Shown: positions 38,561 to 48,321, counted from the stretch's first letter. The stretch: DNA of 64,000 nucleotides from an uncultured Actinomycetota bacterium (GCA_963700375.1 CAVOXF010000001.1:91817-155816); one strand, 5' to 3'. The notes: generated from the letters alone by a model not told the origin. Program-made: numbers and translations.

Positions 38561-39219
38561 GCGAGGACAAGGGCTTCCTCACCGAGTAGCTCCTTCAGGC
38601 GGCTCATGCCCCTGCGGATGCGGCTCTTGACGGTGCCTTCCGGCAGGTCGAGGGCTTCGGCCACTCGGCGATACGAGTGTCCCTGGAAGAACGCAAGGGC
38701 AATGGGCAGACGCTCGTCTGGCTCCAGCGTTTCGAGGGCATGTCGGATTCGTTCCGATGAGATTCTCTTCATGACTTCTTCTTCGAGACTCATCGGGGAG
38801 TTGGATGACGCCGAAAGCTGCTGCTCACGGATTTCTCGATCGGCCCGTGCCCGCTCGGAGCGGAGCAGATCGACCGACCGGCCGTGCGCATCGAGCTGGA
38901 GGAAGCCACTCAGGCTCCCCCGGCTGGGGTCGAAGCGCTCGGGGCGTTGCCAGATGCGGACGAACACTTCTTGGACCACGTCCTCGGCCAATTCCGAACG
39001 ACGGAGCACGCCGAATGCCGTGCGGTACACCTTCTGGCCGAACCGCCGGTATGCCTCGCTGAGCGCCTCTTCACGCTGGTCGAGGAGCGCCTCCCAGAGA
39101 TGACGGTCCTCTGAGGACTCGGAGATTCGGTGCGGAGCGGTCGGGGCAAGAACCGGTGCCGTGGCTCCGATCTCCCGTGCGGCGGTGAGTGTCATGTGTG
39201 GTCTCCAGTCAGTGGTCAT
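38557..39219 (-). CDS. ECF-type RNA polymerase sigma factor
   Basis: Sigma-70 region 2 (AEDVVQEVFVRIWQ) and region 4 (SYRRVAEALDLPEGTVKSRIRRG). The start is probably ATG 39195. Confidence 0.8.
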   Translation of the reverse strand: MTTDWRPHMTLTAAREIGATAPVLAPTAPHRISESSEDRHLWEALLDQREEALSEAYRRFGQKVYRTAFGVLRRSELAEDVVQEVFVRIWQRPERFDPSRGSLSGFLQLDAHGRSVDLLRSERARADREIREQQLSASSNSPMSLEEEVMKRISSERIRHALETLEPDERLPIALAFFQGHSYRRVAEALDLPEGTVKSRIRRGMSRLKELLGEEALVLA

Positions 39220-39464
39220 TGTTTAGTGCTAAATGACTTAGTTAGTAAATATACACACGAATTCGGATACCGCAAATGGTTTTCGGAGATTTCTTCGCGA
39301 GAGGCTGAAGAGCGAACGCGAAAGCCTTGTGGGGTAAGGGTCGCGAGGTAGGCTCATCCGTCCGACCATTGCCGCCAAGGACGGCGTTGGCGCCCCCCAC
39401 ACCGTTCTTGCGCAACTATGGGAAGCCCGCTTCCACTATCTACGCAAGAACGGTGGAGGGTGGC

Positions 39465-39899
39465 CTAGGAGGACAGGGTCTGAGCGAACCGCCTCAGGTT
39501 TCGCTGCCAGATCCACCTCAGCACCGGGGCGGCGAAGAGCGCGGTCGCTCCTCCGCCGAGGTACCAGGGGAACGCCAGGTCTTCGAGCCAGACGAAGCGG
39601 GTCCCGCCTTCGGTCGGCACCAACACGAATACACCAATGCCGGTGACCAGGCCGCGGTGGGTGACGCCGATGCTCTCCCCCTCGATCCAGGACCGTACCG
39701 AGATGACATCATTGGTCACGAACGGACCGACGCGCGTCCTCACAATCATCTCGGTTCCAATGCCGCGGCGCTGATCGTCGGCGAAGTCGATCCGCTCGGC
39801 ATCGGTCATCCATTCAGAATGCTGCTCGAGCTTGGAGAGCTCTGCCCACACCTCGGATGTCGGCAGGGGCAGGTCGACGGACGCCACGATCAGCGTCAT
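39465..39899 (-). CDS. SRPBCC (START/Bet v1-like, polyketide_cyc2) family protein
   Basis: About 145 aa with an SRPBCC fold signature (SEVWAELS...W). Confidence 0.6.
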   Translation of the reverse strand: MTLIVASVDLPLPTSEVWAELSKLEQHSEWMTDAERIDFADDQRRGIGTEMIVRTRVGPFVTNDVISVRSWIEGESIGVTHRGLVTGIGVFVLVPTEGGTRFVWLEDLAFPWYLGGGATALFAAPVLRWIWQRNLRRFAQTLSS

Positions 39900-40879
39900 G
39901 GCCGTTCGACCGGATCCGGCCATCCCACCGGTGGTGTCCACCCGGTGGCCTCGCACAGAAACTGCCACAGCGCATCGTTTCCGGCATCACCGACGGCGGT
40001 TCGCTTCAGGCGGTGCTTCGACCGCGGGCGACGGTCCATCCAGAACTCCCCCGAAGAGCCGAGAGCGTCCGAATCAGACGCCAACCAGACGATCGTGTCG
40101 GCGCCCTGATCGGCGTTGCGCAAGAGCGGCCCCATGACCCGGCGGAACGTTGGGAGGGATGCGGCAACACCAGGGGTACTCACCCAGCCCGGATGCATCG
40201 AATGGGCCACCACTCCCGTACCGGCGAGCCGATCGGCCCAGATATCGGTCAGCACCACCTGCGCACGCTTCGTCCGCGCGTACGCGGCGGAACCGCCGTA
40301 TTCCTCGGGGCTCATTTCGATGCCCGAGACATCGAGCGCTTCGGTATACATGCCGCCGGACGACACGGTAATGATCCTCGCCGGTGCACTTTCCACCATG
40401 CGCGGGATCAGGAGATTCGTGAGCAGGAAGGTGCTCAGGAGATTCGTGGCGAGTGTGAGTTCGAAGCCGTCGGCGCTCGTCGACCGTTCAGGGGCGAGCA
40501 CCGAGGCGTTGTTGACGAGCACGTCGATCCGCCGTTCGCCGGCGAGCAGCTCATCGGCCAGGCGGTGAACCTGCTCGAGAGACGAGAGATCGGCACGATA
40601 CGCGGTAGCCCCGTCGACAGTTGACACCTCCGAAACCCCTGCCACAGCCTCGTCGAGCTTCTCCTGGTTCCGCCCAACGAGAACCACACGAGCCCCGAGA
40701 GCCGCCATCTGACGCGCCGCCGCGAGGCCGATCCCGGAAGTGGCACCGGTGATGACCGCGGTGGCTCCATCCATGCCGTCCATGCCCGCATCCCAGTCTC
40801 CGGATCGCAGGCGATACCCGATGTTCGTGAAGCTGCCGACAATCGACCCTTCGAGGATTCCGTCAGTCGTAAGTGCCAT
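39896..40879 (-). CDS. SDR family oxidoreductase
   Basis: TGATSGIGLAAA Rossmann motif, NNAS, and a YxxxK-type catalytic region. Confidence 0.8.
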   Translation of the reverse strand: MALTTDGILEGSIVGSFTNIGYRLRSGDWDAGMDGMDGATAVITGATSGIGLAAARQMAALGARVVLVGRNQEKLDEAVAGVSEVSTVDGATAYRADLSSLEQVHRLADELLAGERRIDVLVNNASVLAPERSTSADGFELTLATNLLSTFLLTNLLIPRMVESAPARIITVSSGGMYTEALDVSGIEMSPEEYGGSAAYARTKRAQVVLTDIWADRLAGTGVVAHSMHPGWVSTPGVAASLPTFRRVMGPLLRNADQGADTIVWLASDSDALGSSGEFWMDRRPRSKHRLKRTAVGDAGNDALWQFLCEATGWTPPVGWPDPVERP

Positions 40880-41331
40880 CAGCCGCCCTCTTTGGTCGAG
40901 AGTTCGCGCAGTCTCCGGTCGAGGCCTTCGACTGCGCCATCCCCGATCTTGCGGAGGAGCTTCCCGAGAAACGGTTCGGCGACGCGATAGATGCCCTTCA
41001 TCCGGATATCGGCGTGATACTCGACCGAAGTTCCCCGAGCAGACGGGAGGAAGGAGATACGGTCCACCGCAAAGGTGCGTTCGCCGTCACCTTCGAGGAC
41101 AACGCGACGCGGCGGATCCCACTCGGTGATGCGGTAGGTCATCGTGATCGGCGAGCTGCCGTAGCTCAGGTCGAGATCGTACGCGGTCCCAACGGACGGT
41201 GGGCCGTCCGTCATCTTCCGCACGGCAGTCACGCCGGGGTCCCATTCAGCGATGTTCTCAAAGTCGGCGACATAGTCGAACGCCGCCTCGACATGGAGGT
41301 CGGTCTCGACGGTCTCTGTGATAACTGGCAT
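40879..41331 (-). CDS. SRPBCC family protein
   Basis: 150 aa polyketide_cyc2-like protein (FDYVADFENIAEWDPGV). Confidence 0.6.
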   Translation of the reverse strand: MPVITETVETDLHVEAAFDYVADFENIAEWDPGVTAVRKMTDGPPSVGTAYDLDLSYGSSPITMTYRITEWDPPRRVVLEGDGERTFAVDRISFLPSARGTSVEYHADIRMKGIYRVAEPFLGKLLRKIGDGAVEGLDRRLRELSTKEGG

Positions 41332-41415
41332 GGTGGCCTCTCAGGATGGGCTCGGTATTGGTAGTGCTTCGAGACACGCTGCCGTCTTGGATGACGGGAC
41401 ATCCACGAACCGGCT

Positions 41416-43533
41416 GTGCTTCGAAGTACCGCCGACATGAGCACTGCACAGAAGAACATCGCCGTCATCGGCTCAGGGGTCTCGGGTCTGGGCGCTGCGT
41501 GGTCGTTGAGCCAGAGACACAACGTCACGCTCCTTGAGCGTGACCGACGCATCGGCGGTCACGCCAGAACCATCGACGTATCGATGGGAGACCGAATGGT
41601 TCCAGTCGACACCGGCTTCATCGTCTTCAACCATCGCAACTACCCGAACCTGACCAACCTCCTCGAGACGCTGGACGTGGCGACCGAAGCGACCGACATG
41701 TCGTTCTCGGTGAAGAGCGGCCGATATGAGTTTGCTGCAACCCCTAGTGCTCTGATCTCGAATCCCCGCCACCTGACCTCTCGCCGTACCTGGGCGATCC
41801 TGCGCGGCATCAACCGGTTCCGCAAGGACGTCGCCAACCATGCGGCGGTGGCCACCTCAGACTCGACCCTCATCGACTACCTCAGAGACGCCAACTACCC
41901 AGAGCCGTTCATCACCGACTACCTCCTGCCCCTGGCTGCAGCGGTGTGGTCGGGAGCCGGATCCGATGCTGCCTCCATGCCGGTGGGAACGTTCCTGCAT
42001 TTCCTCGCCAACCACGGTCTCTTCGAATTGGAGCGGCCCAGGTGGCGCACGATTTCCGGAGGCAGCCGCGAGTACGTCGATCGAATCTCCAAAGAGATCA
42101 CATCGGTGCGCACCGGAGTCGATGTCACCTCGGTCAAGCGAGTGACCGGCGGCGTCGAGGTCGAGACACCAGACGGCCTCCTGCGCTTCGACGATGTCGT
42201 CATTGCAGCGCATGCGCCGCAGACCGTCGAGCTCCTGGCCAACGACCTCGCTGCCGACGAGCGCGACATCCTCGGCACGTTCAACTACGCACCCAACCGT
42301 GCGGTTGTCCATCGCGACCCGTCGTTCATGCCCCGGCGCAAGGCGGCATGGTCGGCGTGGAACGCCGCCGGCACCGCCCCGGGATCCGATCAACCCGTCT
42401 CGGTCACGTACTGGATGAACCGACTCCAGAATCTCGACGAACGCCACGACGTCTTCATCACACTCAATCCGGAAACGGAACCTCTCGAGATCATCGACGA
42501 CATCTGGTACGCACACCCCCAGTTCAGCCCGGACACCGATCGGGCCCAGCAACGCCTCCCCGAGATCCAGGGACGCGGCGGCGTCTGGTACGCCGGAGCG
42601 TGGACCGGGTACGGCTTCCACGAAGACGGACTTCAGTCCGGCCTGACGGTGGCCGCCGCGCTCGGATCACCCGCTCCCTGGCACGACGACATCGTGCCGG
42701 CCACGCCGGCGGCGATCCATAGCGCTCCCGCCAATGGCCGGGGCTGCGGTATGACCTCCATCGCGAACTCGGCCATCTACGAGGGCACCACGACGCACGT
42801 CCGGCGGAAGCCGTTCGAGCATCGCCTGCAGTACGGTCTGTTCTCGCTGCTCGTCGATCTGGACGAACTCGATGATCTCGCCGAACTCCGATTCTTCTCG
42901 CACAATCGGAAGAACCTGATCAGCTTCTACGACGAGGACCATGGCGGTCGCGACGGCAGTCGAATCTCCGCGTGTGGATTACGGACGAACTGGCGAGGGC
43001 CGGTTTTGACGGAATCGCCCGGCAGGATTCGCCTGCTCTGCCTTCCCCGCATTGCCGGATACGAGTTCAATCCGTTGACCGTCTGGTTCATCGACGACGC
43101 CGAAGGAAACCCTCGCTGGATCATGTACGAGATCCACAACACATTCGGCGAGGCCCACTCGCATCTCGTCGAGGTCGACGGCGCCAACCACCACCGGCAC
43201 GGGTTCCGCAAGGAGTTCTTCGTCTCGCCGTTCTTCGACGTGGAGGGCGGATACCGGGTCCGGATCACCCAGCCGGGAGACCGGATGTCCGTCGCCATCA
43301 CCTACGTGGTCGACGATGAGACCGTCTTCACGGCGACCCTCACGGGCAGGAGGCTTCCACTCACTTCGAGGACCTTGCTTGGAGCCACCATTCGCTACCC
43401 GCTCATAACGTTCAAGATCATGGGCGCCATCCATTGGGAGGCGGCCAAGTTGTGGCTCAAGGGTGCCCGCTACCGCAAGCGTCCCACGGCACCAGTTGAC
43501 GCCGTCTCCGTTTCGACGAAGATGGCCGCATGA
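41416..43533 (+). CDS. COG2907 NAD/FAD-dependent oxidoreductase fused in-frame to a DUF1365 domain
   Basis: The N-terminal ~440 aa carry IAVIGSGVSGLGAAW...GGHARTIDV (COG2907). From MTSIANSAIYEGTTTHVRRKPFEHRLQY onward the sequence is a full DUF1365. There is no stop between the two parts. Confidence 0.75.
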   Translation: MLRSTADMSTAQKNIAVIGSGVSGLGAAWSLSQRHNVTLLERDRRIGGHARTIDVSMGDRMVPVDTGFIVFNHRNYPNLTNLLETLDVATEATDMSFSVKSGRYEFAATPSALISNPRHLTSRRTWAILRGINRFRKDVANHAAVATSDSTLIDYLRDANYPEPFITDYLLPLAAAVWSGAGSDAASMPVGTFLHFLANHGLFELERPRWRTISGGSREYVDRISKEITSVRTGVDVTSVKRVTGGVEVETPDGLLRFDDVVIAAHAPQTVELLANDLAADERDILGTFNYAPNRAVVHRDPSFMPRRKAAWSAWNAAGTAPGSDQPVSVTYWMNRLQNLDERHDVFITLNPETEPLEIIDDIWYAHPQFSPDTDRAQQRLPEIQGRGGVWYAGAWTGYGFHEDGLQSGLTVAAALGSPAPWHDDIVPATPAAIHSAPANGRGCGMTSIANSAIYEGTTTHVRRKPFEHRLQYGLFSLLVDLDELDDLAELRFFSHNRKNLISFYDEDHGGRDGSRISACGLRTNWRGPVLTESPGRIRLLCLPRIAGYEFNPLTVWFIDDAEGNPRWIMYEIHNTFGEAHSHLVEVDGANHHRHGFRKEFFVSPFFDVEGGYRVRITQPGDRMSVAITYVVDDETVFTATLTGRRLPLTSRTLLGATIRYPLITFKIMGAIHWEAAKLWLKGARYRKRPTAPVDAVSVSTKMAA

Positions 43534-44755
43534 CGAAGCCGACGACGCCCCGAACAGCACGCGCCATCCCAACGGTTCTCCGCCGCCTCGTGCGCGCAGG
43601 CACACTCCACGCCGACATTGAAGGCTCCATCGTCGACATCTCGGGCTCGGAAGCAGGCATCGAGGCGTGGATCACGATCAGCGACGCCGACGCGGTCGCC
43701 TCCCGCGTCCTGCGGACGGGTGGTGTGGGATTCGCCGAGGCCTATATCGATGGCCTGTGGGACACGACGGATCTGGCGACGCTACTCGAGTTCGCTGCCG
43801 AGAATCACGACCTCCGACGCCACACCGCTGTGTGGGAGACCGCCATGCGAACGTCACGGTCGGCGTGGGACCGCCTGCGCGGGGCCACCGGCACGTCCGC
43901 CGTCCAAACCATGGTCGAGCACTACGACCTCGGCAACGAGTTCTACGCCGCATGGCTCGATCCCTCGATGAGCTACTCGTCCGGCATCTTCACGAACGGC
44001 GCCGACCTCAATGCCGCCATGCGTACGAAGTACGAACGGATCGCGGCGCGTGCCGGCATCCAAGCCGGCGACCGCGTGCTCGAGATCGGGTGCGGGTGGG
44101 GAGCCATGGCCGAGTACGCGGCCGGGGAACTGGGATGCACGGTCACCGCGGTGACGATCTCGAAGGAACAGCACGACTACGTCGTCCGCCGCATGAAGAA
44201 CGCCGGGCTGGACGACCGAGTGAGGTGCTCCTCTCTGACTTCCGCGACATCGAAGGCGAGTACGAGCGGGTCATCTCGATCGAGATGATCGAGTCGATCG
44301 ACGAGGGATCTTGGGTCGACCTCTACGACGTGATCAGCCGATCACTCGTTCCCGGCGGCTCCGCCGCCCTGCAGGCGATCACCATCGATCACGACCTCCA
44401 CACGCAGATGATCGGTCGCGATGAGTTCATCCGTGCCTACATCTTCCCTGGTGGCGCACTCCCATCGACGAAGATCCTCCGCCAACTCGGCGAAGGCGCC
44501 GGTCTCGAGTGGATCGGCCTCTCGACCCACGGAACCAGCTATGCGAGGACCCTCCAGGCGTGGGATGAACGATTCGTCGCGGCGTGGCCCGTGATCGCCG
44601 AACAGTCAGATCGCTTCGACGAGCGGTTCTACCGGATGTGGCGCTACTACCTGGCCTACTGCATCGCAGGGTTCAGGAGTGGTCGCATCGACGGCGTCCA
44701 GGCGGTGTACCGCAAGCCGGGCACCGTTCTTGGCGATCCGTCGGTCACCTCCTGA
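43530..44755 (+). pseudogene. cfa: cyclopropane-fatty-acyl-phospholipid synthase with a -1 frameshift near 44222
   Basis: N-terminal part lies in frame of 43530 (SAM MTase motif VLEIGCGWG). The C-terminal part (VLLSDFRDIEGEYERVISIEMIESI) lies in frame of 43667. Restoring one G in GTG(G)AGGTGC reconstitutes DDRVEVLLSDFRD. Confidence 0.7.
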
Positions 44756-44776
44756 CGGCGCGCCCAGGGGAGGCTT

Positions 44777-45607
44777 TCAACTCTTGGCGGCGTCGAGCAG
44801 CGTCTCAACGAGTTCGACCGCTCCGTCCCCGGTGGCTGCCCATCCGTCGGCACCGAGGCGAAGCGCAGTCTCTTCGTCTACGCCTCCCCCGCCCACGACG
44901 ATCGGCACCGAAGTCACCGCACGGATTGCGGACAGCGTCTCGCCGAGCGCCTCTTCTTGACCCGGCGTCGTGACGCCGACACCGACAGCAACCAGGTCAT
45001 CGGTCTTCTCGACGAACGACGCGAACGAATCCGGGGGAAGGTAGGCGCCGAGATCGATCACTTCGAACTGCGATGCCCGGAAGAGGTCGGTTGCCATGGC
45101 GAGCGGCAGGGAGTGCAACTCGGTTGCGGTCGAGCCGAGGACGACGGTCCCGCGCCGCACGCCGCGCCTGGCAAGGCGCGGGCCGAGACGAGCGACGATC
45201 CGGGCCGCCACCTCGGAGGCAGAATGCTCGGTGGCGACGTCGATCTCCCCCATCGACCAGGCCTCACCGACGCGCTTCATCGATGGGGAGAGCACGGACG
45301 GGTACGCCTCGGGGATCGTCATACCGGAGCTGAAAGCCGCTTCGAGCACGCCCCATGCCCCGGCCTCGTCCGCGGCCAGAAGGCGGTTGAAGAAGCGATC
45401 GGCCCAGTCGGCCTCACCCCGCTGCGTGCGCGGCTCGTCCTTCGCCAGGTACACGTTCAGATCGGAGCGATGGATGCGCCAGGTCCGGCCTTCCCGGCGT
45501 GCCGGGAGGATTCCGAGGCGTACGTATCGATAGGCGGTCATGTAGTGCACGCCGAGGATCTCGGCGACCTCGTGCAAGCTCAGCTCGTCGGGTTCGGTGT
45601 TCTCCAT
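44777..45607 (-). CDS. CarH/LitR-like regulator: MerR/excisionase-type HTH plus cobalamin (B12)-binding domain
   Basis: N-terminal HTH (LSLHEVAEILGVHYMTAYRYV), then a B12-binding_2 helical bundle (GEAWSMGEIDVATEHSAS), then a B12-binding Rossmann domain (LGSTATELHSLP...VVGGGGV). Confidence 0.7.
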   Translation of the reverse strand: MENTEPDELSLHEVAEILGVHYMTAYRYVRLGILPARREGRTWRIHRSDLNVYLAKDEPRTQRGEADWADRFFNRLLAADEAGAWGVLEAAFSSGMTIPEAYPSVLSPSMKRVGEAWSMGEIDVATEHSASEVAARIVARLGPRLARRGVRRGTVVLGSTATELHSLPLAMATDLFRASQFEVIDLGAYLPPDSFASFVEKTDDLVAVGVGVTTPGQEEALGETLSAIRAVTSVPIVVGGGGVDEETALRLGADGWAATGDGAVELVETLLDAAKS

Positions 45608-45786
45608 TTAGTAGGAAGATACCATGACCGCTTCGTTTCTGGAAGCTTCGAGGCATACGTTCACCCGTATCTCGCAGCCACTCGCAGAAGAGACTTGCTT
45701 CCCCTCATCCACCCATCACACCTGCTTCGTATAGAGAGTGTCCGCATGGTGCGGATTTAGTAATAAGTCTGAAAGGACATCCTCAC

Positions 45787-46851
45787 ATGAAGAAGCGATT
45801 CTCGATCCTTGCTCTCCTGTTGGCGTTCGCCATGATCGTGGCGGCCTGCAGCAGTGACAGCGAAGACACCACGACGACGGAACCCGTCATGGAAGAACAG
45901 TCGGTGCTCGACCTCGCGATCGAGGCGGGTCAGTTCTCAACGCTGATCGCGGCCATCGATGCTGCCGGTCTCTCCGAGACCCTCGAAGGCGAAGGGCCGT
46001 TCACGGTTCTCGCACCCACCGACGCAGCATTCGACGCCGCGTTCGAAGCCCTCGGCATCACTGCAGCGGATCTGCTCGCCGATACGGAGACCTTGACCGC
46101 CATCCTGACCTATCACGTACTGCCGCAGGCAGCAGACTCGCAATTGGTCGCGACCCTCGACGGCAGCTCAGTACCGACCGTCAACGGTCAGTCGGTCGAC
46201 ATCAGCGTCGTCGCTGGTCAGATCATGATCAACGAAGCGACCGTGGTCTCAGCCGACCTCATCGCCGACAATGGCATCGTGCATGTCATCGACGCCGTGC
46301 TCCTTCCGCCGGACATTGCCGAAGCCCTCGGCGTCGCGATGGCCGATGACATGGAAGAAGAGACCACCACAACGACCGAAGCCACGACCACCACAACCAC
46401 GGAAGCCATGGCTCCAACGATCGCTGAGATCGTTGCCGAGGCGGCCGCAGGCGACCCGGCCGAGTTCACGGTGCTCCTCGCAGCGCTCGAGACGGCCGAC
46501 CTGGTCGACGCCCTCAGCGGCGAAGGCCCGTTCACCGTATTCGCCCCGACCGATGCAGCCTTCGCTGCGCTTCTCGACGACCTCGGCATCACCGCTGAGG
46601 AACTCCTGGCAAACCCTGACCTGGCGAACATCCTGCTGTACCACGTGGTCAGCGGTGAGTTCCTGGCCGCGGACGTCATCGACCTCGCACCGGTCGACGT
46701 TCCGACGCTCTACGAAGAGAACACGATCTCGATCGCGGTTGTCGACGGAAGCGTCGTGATCAACGATGTGGCGACCGTCGTCAGCCCTGACGTGATGGCC
46801 GGCAACGGCGTCATCCACGTCATCGACGCGGTGCTCGTCCCGGCGAGCTGA
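45787..46851 (+). CDS. secreted lipoprotein with two fasciclin (FAS1) domains
   Basis: Lipobox LAFAMIVAAC. The FAS1 module is duplicated (GPFTVLAPTDAAF...IVHVIDAVLLP occurs twice). Confidence 0.85.
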   Translation: MKKRFSILALLLAFAMIVAACSSDSEDTTTTEPVMEEQSVLDLAIEAGQFSTLIAAIDAAGLSETLEGEGPFTVLAPTDAAFDAAFEALGITAADLLADTETLTAILTYHVLPQAADSQLVATLDGSSVPTVNGQSVDISVVAGQIMINEATVVSADLIADNGIVHVIDAVLLPPDIAEALGVAMADDMEEETTTTTEATTTTTTEAMAPTIAEIVAEAAAGDPAEFTVLLAALETADLVDALSGEGPFTVFAPTDAAFAALLDDLGITAEELLANPDLANILLYHVVSGEFLAADVIDLAPVDVPTLYEENTISIAVVDGSVVINDVATVVSPDVMAGNGVIHVIDAVLVPAS

Positions 46852-46857
46852 CGGTCT

Positions 46858-46888
46858 CCGATGCGGGGCGCCCTTTCTCCCGCATCGG
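46858..46888. terminator. terminator hairpin (10-bp stem CCGATGCGGG/CCCGCATCGG)
   Basis: Read from the sequence, 7 nt after the fasciclin stop. Confidence 0.5.
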
Positions 46889-46896
46889 CTACAGAA

Positions 46897-46932
46897 GAGA
46901 AGGGGCCGGCACCAGTCAGCCGGCCCCTTCTC
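46897..46932. terminator. terminator hairpin (14-bp stem GAGAAGGGGCCGGC/GCCGGCCCCTTCTC), with a T-rich tail on the minus strand
   Basis: Read from the sequence. It is positioned to terminate the minus-strand heliorhodopsin transcript. Confidence 0.55.
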
Positions 46933-46968
46933 CGCGTCTTGAACCACTCCGCGCCCGAGTTCAGGTCC

Positions 46969-47730
46969 CTACGGAGCGAGCGTGCCGGCGAACACCTGCC
47001 ACGCCAGGGCGCTCTTGGCCAGCAGGCTCAGCAGGATGTACGTACGCTCGCCGGTGAGATAGTTGCTCCACCGCCCGACCTGCTTGTACTGCAGCAACTG
47101 GATGATTGCGAACGCGTTGAAGAACAGGAAGAGCGACACGAAGATCCCGTAGACGAATCCCGGGGGCTGAGCTTCGCTGCCGGGCGACACGAGATAGATG
47201 CCGATGGCGATCCATGGCACGATGCCCAGAACGACGCCGAGCCAGAACGGCCACAGCGAACCGCCGGGGGTTTCGTAGCGCTCTTGGACCGATCCGAAGA
47301 AGATCATCCCGGCGTTGACGCCGAAGAGCGCGATCAACGCGACGATGTCGGAGATCCCGGGCAGCATCGCGATGAGAACGATCATCACCGACGATGAGAT
47401 GGAGTACTCGATCCACCGGAATTGGTTCTGTCCGCGAGACAGCTGATCCCGGTACCGGCCGGATCCGACACTCGCGACGATGAAGTGGAAAAGCGCCGAG
47501 AGGAACAGGAATGTCGCTACTCCCCAGCCGATCGACACTTCGAACAGTGTCGTTGTCGGCGATGGCGTTCCGGGGGGCCCCTCGAGGAACGCCGCTGTCA
47601 CCGGCAGGGCGAAATCGGTCGCCAGAAACAGGATCAGGATGGCTTGGAGCAGGTGCAAGCCGCCCATCCCCCAGTTGTACATCTTGAGGCGACTGAATTC
47701 AGCGTCAGTCACCTGAACGTTCGAGACCAT
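46969..47730 (-). CDS. heR: heliorhodopsin
   Basis: Collinear identity blocks with heliorhodopsin 48C12: TDFALPVTA, LSALFHFIVAS, FRWIEYSISSSVMIVLIA (counterion Glu) and DIVALIALFGVNAGM. The C-terminal WSNYLTGERTYILLSLLAKSALAWQ carries the retinal Lys. ATG at 47730, with GAGGAGGG upstream. Confidence 0.85.
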   Translation of the reverse strand: MVSNVQVTDAEFSRLKMYNWGMGGLHLLQAILILFLATDFALPVTAAFLEGPPGTPSPTTTLFEVSIGWGVATFLFLSALFHFIVASVGSGRYRDQLSRGQNQFRWIEYSISSSVMIVLIAMLPGISDIVALIALFGVNAGMIFFGSVQERYETPGGSLWPFWLGVVLGIVPWIAIGIYLVSPGSEAQPPGFVYGIFVSLFLFFNAFAIIQLLQYKQVGRWSNYLTGERTYILLSLLAKSALAWQVFAGTLAP

Positions 47731-47840
47731 GGAGGCCCTCCTCGGATACGCGTCATGGTTGCGAAGATGCGCCCCAGTCAATGCGCCGACTCCGCGTGGC
47801 CGCACTGTATACGAGTCGAGGCCCGACGCAACCACAGCAC

Positions 47841-48293
47841 TCAGACCCGCGGCGCGTACCGGGCGTTCGCGAACGGCCAGATATCGCGGAGCCAGTCGGT
47901 GAGTGCCCGATGGACGACGGCGTCCATCTCGGATCGGCTCTCCCGAACCCAGGAGCTCACGTCGGCATCATGGCCCGGCGCCGCCGACGGGTAGATGTAG
48001 ACACAGCCGATGACCGCATCTCCGTCGAGGATCGAATACGTGAAACCCTCGCGGTTCTCGAAATCCTCGTAGTGGCCGGCGAGATCCGCACGATTCGCCT
48101 CCAGGCTCATCGGGGTCGGCCAACCCCGCTCCTCACCGAAGCCGGGAGTCGAGCGGATGTGCTCGATGCTCGACATCCAGGCGTCATAGTCGCGTTCGTT
48201 GTGCTGTTCCCCAAGCGGCTCCAGGCGGAAGCCGGGTCCGTCGAACGCAACCGGCACCTCGAACGAGGGCGGGACGAAGGAACCGTCCGTCAT
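47841..48293 (-). CDS. GNAT-like N-acetyltransferase family protein
   Basis: FRLEPL...YDAW...VIGCVYIYP pattern. Start assumed at MTDGSF. Confidence 0.5.
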   Translation of the reverse strand: MTDGSFVPPSFEVPVAFDGPGFRLEPLGEQHNERDYDAWMSSIEHIRSTPGFGEERGWPTPMSLEANRADLAGHYEDFENREGFTYSILDGDAVIGCVYIYPSAAPGHDADVSSWVRESRSEMDAVVHRALTDWLRDIWPFANARYAPRV

Positions 48294-48321
48294 CGCGGCG
48301 TCCCCGGCGAACAAGCCATCA

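Noticed and set aside
46961-47416. Plus-strand ORFs overlapping the heliorhodopsin gene (46861..47397, 47422..47994)
   Set aside because: They are antisense to a gene with unambiguous heliorhodopsin motifs.
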